Shown: piece by piece, positions 9,463-18,821 of the stretch
How positions within the stretch are numbered: the stretch's first letter is position 1
Layout: the number at the start of each line of letters is the position of its first letter
Assembly (NCBI GenBank): GCA_965657355.1
Contig: CBFHOE010000010.1
Location: 1-64,000, forward strand
DNA: 64,000 nt
DNA from: Limisphaerales bacterium
GTDB taxonomy: Bacteria > Verrucomicrobiota > Verrucomicrobiia > Limisphaerales > JAJOIW01
Direction of reading: 5' to 3'
Made by a program: the position numbers and the translations under genes
The notes under the pieces: generated by a model
The model's database searches: none
What the model was told of the DNA's origin: nothing
The model's input: the letters and a program-made list of their open reading frames with translations, nothing else

Positions 9463-10398
9463 TTATTTTGGATCCATGTTCATTTTGAGGTCTTGTTTAC
9501 TGACAACTGATTCGACTCCTTCCTCGGGAACTTCTACTTTCGAAATCCACAGCAAGGCATTGAGTATTACCTTTCTATAATTTGGCTCCCCCCAATTGTT
9601 GTGGACATGGCCACCGGTGAACCCAAATCCACGCCCACCATCTTCTCTTTGGACGGCCCACATCATCACTTCAGGCCTGCCTGTATTGTCCATGATATGC
9701 TTGTAAGGGCCTCTTGGATAAACATATGGGCCATCTCTTACGTCATCAGAGGGTTTTGCCTCAAGTATGGAAACAACGCCTTCACGCTCGGGCCGAAATC
9801 TCATATTCATATACCACTCATCCCTTACGGAAAATGGCTTCACACCATTGGATATTGGGTGGTCTGGGAAGGTTTTGTATTTTGGCGACCAAAAAGGATT
9901 ACAAGAAAATTGGTGTTCATAATAGCCTCCAATCCATTTTTTCCATGCATCACCGGGTTCTCCTTTTGGCACTTCCACAGCAAAGTGAGCACACCCCAAA
10001 CCAACTCCCTTCGCCATGAGGCCATCGAGTATTTTCAATCTATCGGGTTGGATTGCCGGATGCCTGGCCCCACCATCCATATACAAGAAGATAGCATCAG
10101 CATCATCAAATACCGACACGTCTTTGGGCCATCCCCCTTTTACCAAGGCGACACTAAGGTCGGGGTTTGATTCTTTCAGACATTTTTGAAGAAGCATACA
10201 GCCAGCATTGAATTCATGGTCACCTGGGCCGTGACTCGGTCGCCCTGCAACGATGACTAATTTACGAGATTTTGATTCTTCAGCTCTGGAAAAAGTTGCT
10301 GATGCAAGCAGACTGAGGGATAGAACCAATAATCCTATGATTCTATATATAAAATGGGTGCAATGGGACATACGTCCGCCATGATGGAGGATTTTCAT
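9463..10398 (-). CDS. ThuA-like (trehalose utilisation) domain protein, exported
   Basis: SHGPGDHEF, HPISNGV..F...DEWY and GRGFGFTGGH motifs, plus signal peptide. Confidence 0.85.
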   Translation of the reverse strand: MKILHHGGRMSHCTHFIYRIIGLLVLSLSLLASATFSRAEESKSRKLVIVAGRPSHGPGDHEFNAGCMLLQKCLKESNPDLSVALVKGGWPKDVSVFDDADAIFLYMDGGARHPAIQPDRLKILDGLMAKGVGLGCAHFAVEVPKGEPGDAWKKWIGGYYEHQFSCNPFWSPKYKTFPDHPISNGVKPFSVRDEWYMNMRFRPEREGVVSILEAKPSDDVRDGPYVYPRGPYKHIMDNTGRPEVMMWAVQREDGGRGFGFTGGHVHNNWGEPNYRKVILNALLWISKVEVPEEGVESVVSKQDLKMNMDPK

Positions 10399-10880
10399 TG
10401 ATATTATGGTGTTCTGTTGATTCTCACGATGGATCAGTAACTATTCAAGCCTTTTTCATCCTATACCCTATCCCTGATGCGTAAAAATATGATTCATGAT
10501 AAAAAATTTCGGAGCTAATTTTGCCTATCATTATGATATCGCGAGTTAGGAGCCGGAGACTTTGAAGGAGAGGAAGACTCAAAGCGCATTAATGGCGCAA
10601 AATATTGGGTTTTTATAGTCAGAAATAATGGGAATCAAACTTATCAAAAGTCATTACTCCCTTTAGTCCGAATGACCAATGAAACTTAAAACTAGTCGCC
10701 ATTGGACGAAATTTTTTCGAATTTATGAAAAATTAACCTTTTTAGCTAAAAGTGGACTTGTTTCGGAATTTGAATGAGCTAAAGTTTTGGGGCATTGATT
10801 AAGTATGCACGCACCGAATGCAAGCATGCATAAAGCAAAAAGCCTAACTGGCTCATATTCATAATTCCGAAATATAAATT

Positions 10881-11915
10881 ATGCCCATAGCAACACCTAA
10901 ACAGTATGCGGCAATGTTAGATGCCGCCCAAAAAGGAAATTACGCCTATCCAGCTGTCAACATAACCTCGCTGCCCACACTCAACGGCGCGCTCAAGGCT
11001 TTTGCCGATGCGAAGTCTGACGGTATCATCCAGATGAGCACCGGAGGTGGTCAATTTGCATCCGGGCTCAATGTTAAAGATCCGGTCCTAGGTTGTATTG
11101 TTCTAGCAGAGGCAGCCCATATGCTTGCTGAAAAATATGATGTATTAATTGGCCTTCATACGGACCATTGCCAACCAGAAAAGGCTGAATCCTTTCTCAA
11201 ACCATTGATAGAGGCGACGGCGGCAAGAAGAGCGGAAGGAAAGAACAATCTTTTTCAAAGCCATATGCTCGACGCATCCATTCTTCCTTTGGATGAAAAC
11301 ATGAAAATTTCCAAAGAATACCTGGAATTGTGCGCCAAGAATGAAATTATCCTTGAGGTTGAAGCTGGTGTTGTTGGTGGGGAGGAAGATGGGGCTGCTG
11401 GAACTGAAGATATGCCAGCTGATAAGCTATACACTACTCCTGAAGACATGCTTGCTGTTTACGAGACTTTGAACGGAATTGGCAGATACCTTTTTGCGGC
11501 AACTTTTGGGAATGTGCATGGCTCTTATAAGCCAGGAGCGGTTAAACTCAGACCAGATATCCTCAAACAGGGACAGGACGCCGTGATTTCCAAATACGGA
11601 GCTGATGCAGAATTTGACCTGGTTTTCCACGGTGGCTCAGGGTCTGCAAAAAGCGAAATTAAAGAAACCCTGGAATACGGCGTGGTCAAAATGAACATTG
11701 ATACCGACACGCAGTATGCATTCACACAGCCTGTAGCTGACCACATACTCAAAAATTATGACGGTGTTCTCAAACTCGATGGAGAAGTCGGGAATAAGAA
11801 AGTCTACGATCCTCGCTCGTACTTAAAGAAAGCAGAACAGGCAATGGCAGACAGAATGATTGAAGCTTGCAATGATCTGGAATCAACAGGCAAGACCATC
11901 TTTGGCACTGTCTAA
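10881..11915 (+). CDS. fbaA: Class II fructose-bisphosphate aldolase
   Basis: HTDHC, SHMLDAS, GVVGGEEDG, FGNVHG, LVFHGGSG, KMNIDTD, YDPR. Confidence 0.97.
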   Translation: MPIATPKQYAAMLDAAQKGNYAYPAVNITSLPTLNGALKAFADAKSDGIIQMSTGGGQFASGLNVKDPVLGCIVLAEAAHMLAEKYDVLIGLHTDHCQPEKAESFLKPLIEATAARRAEGKNNLFQSHMLDASILPLDENMKISKEYLELCAKNEIILEVEAGVVGGEEDGAAGTEDMPADKLYTTPEDMLAVYETLNGIGRYLFAATFGNVHGSYKPGAVKLRPDILKQGQDAVISKYGADAEFDLVFHGGSGSAKSEIKETLEYGVVKMNIDTDTQYAFTQPVADHILKNYDGVLKLDGEVGNKKVYDPRSYLKKAEQAMADRMIEACNDLESTGKTIFGTV

Positions 11916-11954
11916 TTTAGCTTTTTGCTACCAGACAAAATAATTTTTTATTTT

Positions 11955-11987
11955 CTCCCCGGGCCGAAAGAACCCGGGGAGTTTTTT
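11955..11987 (+). terminator. Rho-independent terminator
   Basis: CTCCCCGGG/CCCGGGGAG stem plus TTTTTT after fbaA. Confidence 0.9.
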
Positions 11988-12183
11988 ATAACCGCTGGCT
12001 CACGCCTTGAATTGCTTGAATATAATTACCGACATTTAACAGAAGTTTTATATGTATTTGGGCAATAAAAATTTCCATATGCGAGATTGTTTTGATAATG
12101 TGGTAAAGTTACCGATGGCTGTATGTTCAGCGTTGGATGGTTTGGTTATATAATTAACATTTTAAAGATCAGGACAAATCCAA

Positions 12184-14223
12184 ATGGATGCAGCCGCAGC
12201 GAATCCATCAAATGAGGTCGTCTCGGAAGGGCAAAACAAAAATTCATTGCTCGAAGCAGAGCCTTCCAATTGCACTCTCATTATTTCTACACTTGAAGGG
12301 GAAATCATTGAGACAAATGAAACCTTCGCAAATATTTTTGGAAAAACCAAACAGAGCCTGAATGGGCAACCTTTGGTTGAATGGCTTGGAAAAATAATTG
12401 ATTGCGAAAAAGTAAGCCTTGAAAATTTCCTTAAGAAACGCGATACGTTCGAGAGTTTAAAGTGCAAAATCGTACATGATTCAGAAATTACGAAATCTGG
12501 CGAGTGGGTAGAGTTACAAAAGACACATGTTGGTTCACAGATCGTTCTGTGCCTTCAAAACGCCTTGCCTCCATTAAACGAATTAAAAGAGAATTCTGTC
12601 TATGAATTGGGCGACTCCATTGGAGATAGCCAGCAGCTTGTCGCTCGATTAATTGAATTGGAATCAAGGCTGGATAGTATACACGAAAGGTGGCCTGGTA
12701 TTGTTTTTACCCAGAGAAGCAATATGACATTCCGCGAGATTTCTCCCAAAGTGCGGGAACTCACTGGATATGGCCAATCAGATTTAGATAGAAAACCAGG
12801 TGCGTTTTGGGAATTCGTGCATGAATCAGACCACGAAGAACTCAAAAAGAATTTAGCTAGCCTCAAGAACAACCCAAAAGGGATTGATTCGACCTTCAGA
12901 ATAAAGAATCAAATCACGGGAAAAATATCATATATCCTTGAACATCGCATTTCAGTTTACAGAGGGGGATTACTCGTTAGTTATCATGGGGTTTGGATTG
13001 ATATTACCAGGCAAATGATTGCCGAAAAAAGGCTTATGGGCTCCGCATGGAAAGAAACTCTTGCCGCCCTTACAATGGGTCTTGCACATGATTTCAGAAA
13101 TACCATGGCCGGCATTGCATCTCTAAGTGACACTCTGATGTGTGACCTGAATCAGGATGATACAAATAAGGAATATCTTGAGGACATCAGTAAAAATTCT
13201 TTGCATGCCAATCAATTGGTGCAGAAAATTTTAGATTTACATCAGGGAAAAATAGGTGATGCACAGTATGAAAACCTCAATGAACTGGCACGTGATATTG
13301 GTGAACTAATAAAGAAGATAACACCCCGTCGCATCGAGTTTAAAACTTCAATTCTGAAGTCAAAATTAACCATCTGGGTAGATCCAGTCGAATTTAGGCA
13401 AGTCATTGTCAATCTGGCTTTAAACGCAGTCGATGCTATTGAAAAAAATGGGGAGATATCATTTTCATCAGGGGTTTTTGAAAGTGGTGATTTTCCTGCT
13501 CATACTTTTGGCCCTCCCCCATCCACTCCCTGCGCTTTCATTTCAATTTCAGACACTGGATGCGGCATTGTCCAAAGCAAACTCTCAAAGATTTTCGAGC
13601 CCTTTTTTACGTCAAAGCCCATGAACAAGGGGAGCGGGCTTGGCTTGTATAATACTAAAATATTTGTTGAACGACACAATGGAGCTATCTCGGTGGAATC
13701 ATCCGAAGAAACAGGTACTAAGTTCACCATATTTCTTCCTTTGCAAAATCTTGAATCGCTGAGTAGTGCTGATAATGAGGGATCGGAAGCGCCCACCTTG
13801 CAAACTGGTGGTGGAGAAGTCAAAGGCACCGATTATCAAACGGGACCAAAACCGGGAATATTGCTTGCTGGAAACCCGGGGCCAAGCCTTGAGAGTGCCG
13901 CTGAGTTTTTAAAGGCTCAAGGATTTAGTATTTCAGAAGTCGTCCAGAAAATTCAAGCGACGGACCTTCTGGAACAAAAACCGGAGGCATTCAGGATTTT
14001 ATTGGTCATAATAGAGGATGGATGCGATGAGTGGCTTTCGTATTTGGATGAAATGCGAATGGTTAATGAGGATATAAATATAGTTTTGAAATTACAAAAC
14101 TGCGACCAAGATGCCTTGAGAGATTCTGAAATTGAAATGGCGAGTTGGATCATATCCCCGGCGACCTCTAGAATGGAGGTTTTGGATAAATTAAGCCAAA
14201 TGGTGGAGGTATCGAATGGATGA
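12184..14223 (+). CDS. Cytoplasmic PAS-domain hybrid histidine kinase with degenerate C-terminal receiver
   Basis: Two PAS-like regions, H-box GLAHDFRN, N-box NLALNAVDA, DTGCG, IFEPFFTSK, GSGLGL. The C-terminal REC-like region lacks the acidic DD pocket. Confidence 0.9.
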   Translation: MDAAAANPSNEVVSEGQNKNSLLEAEPSNCTLIISTLEGEIIETNETFANIFGKTKQSLNGQPLVEWLGKIIDCEKVSLENFLKKRDTFESLKCKIVHDSEITKSGEWVELQKTHVGSQIVLCLQNALPPLNELKENSVYELGDSIGDSQQLVARLIELESRLDSIHERWPGIVFTQRSNMTFREISPKVRELTGYGQSDLDRKPGAFWEFVHESDHEELKKNLASLKNNPKGIDSTFRIKNQITGKISYILEHRISVYRGGLLVSYHGVWIDITRQMIAEKRLMGSAWKETLAALTMGLAHDFRNTMAGIASLSDTLMCDLNQDDTNKEYLEDISKNSLHANQLVQKILDLHQGKIGDAQYENLNELARDIGELIKKITPRRIEFKTSILKSKLTIWVDPVEFRQVIVNLALNAVDAIEKNGEISFSSGVFESGDFPAHTFGPPPSTPCAFISISDTGCGIVQSKLSKIFEPFFTSKPMNKGSGLGLYNTKIFVERHNGAISVESSEETGTKFTIFLPLQNLESLSSADNEGSEAPTLQTGGGEVKGTDYQTGPKPGILLAGNPGPSLESAAEFLKAQGFSISEVVQKIQATDLLEQKPEAFRILLVIIEDGCDEWLSYLDEMRMVNEDINIVLKLQNCDQDALRDSEIEMASWIISPATSRMEVLDKLSQMVEVSNG

Positions 14224-15469
14224 TTCATTTGCTTCGAAATTAAGCGAGTCGGCCCGGAATATTTTAGTCGTAGACGATGAGCCTATAATCCTTAAAGCCT
14301 TGGATAAATTCCTGACTCGCTACCAGTATAATGTCTTTAAAGCAGACCATGCTGTTGATGCTCTGAAAATACTGCGCGAGACGGACATAGGTGTCATCAT
14401 TACCGATTATCAGATGCCAATGCTTTCGGGGCTTGAGTTTTTGCAACAGGCAAGGACGATACAACCTCTTGCAACAAGAATATTAATCACAGCTATCGTA
14501 GATAATGCGACGGTCGTCAATGCCATCAATGATGGGGAGATTTTTAGATTCATAACAAAGCCTTGGAAAGGCGAAGAGCTTATTGCGACGATTCACAATG
14601 CAGCTCAAAAATACGAACTTCTGCGCAATAATGAAGCCCTTCAAAACCAGACACTTGAGACAAATAAAACCTTAGAAGAGCAACTTCAAATTGTTAAAAA
14701 CCAGAGGAACGAATTAATCGAAACCATTGAGAACTCGGTAAAACTCAGCCTGAAAGTTATCGAGAGTTACCACTCGGTTCTGGGAGATCGGGCGAGGGAA
14801 GTCCAAAGAATTGCACTTATTCTAGGTAAAGAACTTGGACTAGATGAACGGGAATTACATCAAATAAGGATTGCTGCGCTTGTTCATGAAATTGGTATGG
14901 TTGGCCTTTCAAGAGAGCTTATAAAAAAATGGGAAAGCTCGCCGGGAAGTTTGACCCCCGAAGAAAAAAAACAGGTCGAACATTACCCTGTGTTAAGCGA
15001 AGAAATGGCCGCTTATGTCGATTCCTCCGGAGAAATATCAAAAATCGTTCGTCAGCAGTGCGAGCATTTTGACGGGACTGGCTTTCCGGACAAACTCCAG
15101 GGACAATACATTCACCTCATATCCAAGATTCTATCGGTCAGCATCTTTCTGGCTCGGGGGGCCAATGATCCAAATCGTGCACTGGACTTAATGCAAGCCA
15201 GCAGTGGAAAACGCTTTGACCCGGATATAGTCAGAGCAGCTGTCAGGGCGCCCATATTTGAATCTAGAGAAAATAGAATTTCCACAGTTGAGATTTTGGT
15301 TCAGGAGCTCGAACAAGGAATGATTCTGGCTGAACCCATTGTCACAAATGCGGGGGATTTGTTGATGCGAAAAGGCGAAAAGATGACTCCCGCATTTATC
15401 CAAATTATAAATAACCACAATAATCTTTCGAACATAAGATCGCGCATTTTAGTTGAGCACGATTTTTAA
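14216..15469 (+). CDS. Response regulator with degenerate HD-GYP domain
   Basis: ILVVDDE, ITDYQMP and KPW receiver motifs. HD-GYP-like HEIG, EHFDGTGFP and GKRFDP. Confidence 0.88.
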   Translation: MDDSFASKLSESARNILVVDDEPIILKALDKFLTRYQYNVFKADHAVDALKILRETDIGVIITDYQMPMLSGLEFLQQARTIQPLATRILITAIVDNATVVNAINDGEIFRFITKPWKGEELIATIHNAAQKYELLRNNEALQNQTLETNKTLEEQLQIVKNQRNELIETIENSVKLSLKVIESYHSVLGDRAREVQRIALILGKELGLDERELHQIRIAALVHEIGMVGLSRELIKKWESSPGSLTPEEKKQVEHYPVLSEEMAAYVDSSGEISKIVRQQCEHFDGTGFPDKLQGQYIHLISKILSVSIFLARGANDPNRALDLMQASSGKRFDPDIVRAAVRAPIFESRENRISTVEILVQELEQGMILAEPIVTNAGDLLMRKGEKMTPAFIQIINNHNNLSNIRSRILVEHDF

Positions 15470-15651
15470 TGACTCTGGTTAGGCCGAAATTAAAAAATAA
15501 ATTTTGGGTATCAATAATATTCTAAAATCTTCCGATAGTTTTATAGGCTAAAATAGTTAGCATTTTTGTAGGTGGATTGTGTTCTATCGGAGTCAATGGA
15601 TCATTGCACTCCAGGTGATCTGTCCTTTCTGCACACAGACTGATAAATATT

Positions 15652-17256
15652 TTGGAACAGAACCTAGAACAGTCAAAGGATAGAAAAGTCCTTGTTGTTG
15701 ATGACGACAAAGTAACCCGCAGGCTTCTTGCTGGGGCGCTAGAGAAATACGGGTATGCCGTCGCGGTTGCTGCTAATGCTGATGAAGCCTCTAAAATCAT
15801 CCAGGAAAAGGAATCAAGAAATTTTGTTTGTGCTGTTGTTGATTACAGAATGCCAGGAAAGGATGGTCTCGAATTTCTGACATGGCTTAGGAAACAAGAT
15901 GAAACTTTGTCAGCCATAATGCTTACGGCTGAAGGAGATAAATCTCTCGTCGCAAGCATATTGCGAGAGGGAGCTGTTGATTTTCTCGAGAAACCCGTCG
16001 AATTAAACACCTTTAGAGAATCCGTTTCTAATGGTGAAACAATAACATTAGAAAAGCGGAGGTTAGCAGATACGGATTCAGCTGTGAATGCGGTTGGTGA
16101 AGACCAATTGCAACTTTTAGGTGTTGATAACATTTCCGAAGGGCAAGGAATAAAAATATGTTATTGTCCAGTGTGTCAAGCCGGCGGTGATTTCATAGGA
16201 GTATTTGACACCAAAGATGGAAGCAAACGTATTATTGCTGGAGATGTCTCTGGCCATGATTTAAGAGCAGCTTATTTCTCCACCTTCTCACAAGGAGTTC
16301 TTCGGGGAATGATGCATCACGATGCCTCAGACCAACAGATATTTAGCTTTTTTAACAAGTTTCTTAACAATGAGTGGAATAAAAATACCACGAACCAAAG
16401 CCTGACCTCAGTTGCACTTTGCGGTATCGAAGTAAACCCTGAGACCCACTCAATAAAAGTCGTGAACAGCGGATTCCCGACGCCATACCTCGTCGAGAAA
16501 GATGGTAAAACATGCCAAATTGGAATTGGAACTGGACCACTTGGATGGTTTGATGATGACAATTTCGAAATTGACATTATCAGGGGCCGAGAGGGGTGCT
16601 CCATCTATTTATGGAGTGATGGTTTAGAGGATTTCGCGATAGACAACGGCATATCAGTCTTCGCATTAGCTCACAGGCTTTTCACCATTGGTGATCCAGT
16701 TGCTCGGAAAAACGAGCTCAAAGAGGCGACAGATGATGTCCTCCTGATAAGATTTGATATGGACAAAAAGGAAGCCGGCGAAAATCACTCTGCAGAGATA
16801 CCCATCCTCAATAAAAGGATAAAAGGCGACCAAATTGATATCGTCGACGTAAGCCAGGAATGGATTGAATCTAGTTTAAAATATGCACTCCCTGAAATAG
16901 GCACTGATAAGCTGTACGATATTATTATATGTATCAGGGAGGCTCTTTTGAATGCTCTAACCCATGGCTGTAAAGGTCTACCAGATAATTTTTGCGACCT
17001 TAGAATTACGTATAAGCCAACATCCAAAGTTATTAGAATTAGAGTGAAAGACTCAGGAGACGGTCATGATTTTAACTATTTAGAAGATGCCGGTGATGCT
17101 AACAGGGAGGAACCGGATCCAACAAAAAGAAATACTGGATTTATATTATTGCGTGAATTACCCGATAATATAATTACGGAAAGTCGGGGTCGATTTTTGA
17201 CAATGGATTTCGAAGTCATTAAATCTGAAGAAAAACTACGAATTACTGCAAATTAA
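15652..17256 (+). CDS. REC - PP2C (SpoIIE/RsbU) phosphatase - HATPase anti-sigma (RsbW-like) kinase fusion
   Basis: VLVVDDD/VVDYRMP/EKP; GGDF, GDVSGH, SDGL and DD PP2C motifs; EALLNALTHG and DSGDG RsbW-type kinase motifs. TTG start uncertain. Confidence 0.88.
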   Translation: MEQNLEQSKDRKVLVVDDDKVTRRLLAGALEKYGYAVAVAANADEASKIIQEKESRNFVCAVVDYRMPGKDGLEFLTWLRKQDETLSAIMLTAEGDKSLVASILREGAVDFLEKPVELNTFRESVSNGETITLEKRRLADTDSAVNAVGEDQLQLLGVDNISEGQGIKICYCPVCQAGGDFIGVFDTKDGSKRIIAGDVSGHDLRAAYFSTFSQGVLRGMMHHDASDQQIFSFFNKFLNNEWNKNTTNQSLTSVALCGIEVNPETHSIKVVNSGFPTPYLVEKDGKTCQIGIGTGPLGWFDDDNFEIDIIRGREGCSIYLWSDGLEDFAIDNGISVFALAHRLFTIGDPVARKNELKEATDDVLLIRFDMDKKEAGENHSAEIPILNKRIKGDQIDIVDVSQEWIESSLKYALPEIGTDKLYDIIICIREALLNALTHGCKGLPDNFCDLRITYKPTSKVIRIRVKDSGDGHDFNYLEDAGDANREEPDPTKRNTGFILLRELPDNIITESRGRFLTMDFEVIKSEEKLRITAN

Positions 17257-17266
17257 AGGGAATATT

Positions 17267-17608
17267 ATGAATTACAACTATGATAATGATGAAAAAATAG
17301 TAAATCTTACGATCCCAGGTGATATTTTGAGCTCCAATGTGGACTCTGTTAGGGAATCGATTTTTGATATTATTGATTCAGAAGAATTGGCTAGTAAAGG
17401 CTACAGAAAAATCACACTCGATTTAACAGCGGCAAAAATGATTGATTCTGCAGGCTTAAACTTGTTGGTTTCTGTCCTGAAAGCTGCTAAATCGAAAAAC
17501 GCAGCCGTTGCTGCTCGAGTAGCTAACCCTCACATTCAAAGGACTTTTTCGTTCACCCGGCTGGACAAGCTCATAAAAATTGAGCAGGTGGAAACAACGA
17601 CAACCTAA
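17267..17608 (+). CDS. STAS-domain anti-anti-sigma factor
   Basis: LDLTAAKMIDSAGLNLL with the phospho-Ser in the DSAG motif. Confidence 0.92.
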   Translation: MNYNYDNDEKIVNLTIPGDILSSNVDSVRESIFDIIDSEELASKGYRKITLDLTAAKMIDSAGLNLLVSVLKAAKSKNAAVAARVANPHIQRTFSFTRLDKLIKIEQVETTTT

Positions 17609-17675
17609 GAGAAATCCACAGACTTTAAAGATTGCTCGTAGATTTAAAAAGATTCAGGTTTATTAGAAAAATATG

Positions 17676-17706
17676 AAACTCGCTCAATACCGTTGAGCGA
17701 GTTTTG
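17676..17706. terminator. Hairpin terminator between convergent operons
   Basis: AAACTCGCTCAA/TTGAGCGAGTTT 12-bp stem. Confidence 0.75.
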
Positions 17707-17776
17707 TCTATTTTTGGGGCAAAGAAAATGGATCACATATTTACGATGCGGCAGGCATTGAATCTATAATGATCTT

Positions 17777-18079
17777 TTATGCGAGGTTTTGAAATCGATC
17801 TCCTACGATATCGCGAAGATTGAGCAAAGTGGTTTCAAGCAAGTCGCTTTCATCAGTGGAAAGGTTTCCCTTGGTTTTGTATTTCAGCATTTCGAGCTGA
17901 TCAACAATATGTTTGGCCCCTTCCAAATTATCTGTGAACGCGCCTGTTTCCGGGTCGGGAATGCTTCCTAAAAAATAGAGAGCTGTTTGCCCAAGATCGA
18001 GGATGAGTTGCTCAAAAAGGTCAGAATAAATTTCCTCTTCGGAACTATAATTTTCATTGGACGTGAGATCATTCATCAA
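17777..18079 (-). CDS. DUF1844 family protein
   Basis: ALYFLG.IPDP, AK..VDQLEML..KTKGNL...E..LL. Confidence 0.85.
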   Translation of the reverse strand: MMNDLTSNENYSSEEEIYSDLFEQLILDLGQTALYFLGSIPDPETGAFTDNLEGAKHIVDQLEMLKYKTKGNLSTDESDLLETTLLNLRDIVGDRFQNLA

Positions 18080-18746
18080 GATTATATTCTTCTATGAGCG
18101 AGCGAGAGAGAAAGTCGAGACGCTCCTCTAAGCTAGAAATGGAAAGGAGTTGCTGCTTCTTGGTTGGACAACGGATGATAGACGATGAGATGAGATCACC
18201 AATCTGCTCTGGATCATCAATACAACTGAGATATTCCAATAATTTTTGTTTCCCAGCGTCTTGCGATTGCGTGAGGGAGGATTTTTGAGAGCAGCTTGTG
18301 ATCACTGGAATTTCGTCATGGTCGGGATCGACGTTTCCTTTGAGGAAATTGATAGCTAGTGACTTGGCCCGATCTCCCAAGGCATGCAATCTTTCTTCAT
18401 TTTCCCTGCGCGTATTGAAAATCTTTATCTGATAGTTGGGAAATGTTCTGAATTGGCCTCGCCCTTTTAGAATAACACGGGAGATGCCCTGGAGGACTAG
18501 GTGAGAGGTTCCATTGTCGTGGTCGATAGCGGCCCTGATGACGCCAATCCCAGCAACAAGCTCTGGACATTCTTCTTTTTTGTCTGTTCGTTGCCGAGCG
18601 ACGCAGAACATCCTGGAGCCTTCGAGGGACTCTTTGAGCATATCTTTGTATCGAGGTTCAAAGATATACATTGGCAGCATCATTTGAGGAAAAAGAATAA
18701 GATCCTCCAAAATCATCACTCCACACTCTTTGGGAACAGTTAACAC
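18069..18746 (-). CDS. Stand-alone LON peptidase substrate-binding domain protein
   Basis: ILFP..MLPMYIFEPRYKDM, LQGISRV, KQQLL....LEERL. Confidence 0.88.
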   Translation of the reverse strand: MLTVPKECGVMILEDLILFPQMMLPMYIFEPRYKDMLKESLEGSRMFCVARQRTDKKEECPELVAGIGVIRAAIDHDNGTSHLVLQGISRVILKGRGQFRTFPNYQIKIFNTRRENEERLHALGDRAKSLAINFLKGNVDPDHDEIPVITSCSQKSSLTQSQDAGKQKLLEYLSCIDDPEQIGDLISSSIIRCPTKKQQLLSISSLEERLDFLSRSLIEEYNLDE

Positions 18747-18821
18747 TAGTTCTAATATAGGGCGAAGATAAATAAATTCAAATCGCAGCCAGCCTTGGAT
18801 TCGATTTGTCGAGACTTTGTG

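Noticed and set aside
9601..10170. Longer antisense ORFs (this 189 aa one, also 18851..19309, 42326..42697 and 55713..56105)
   Set aside because: They overlap well-supported genes and show no motifs; they are treated as shadow ORFs.
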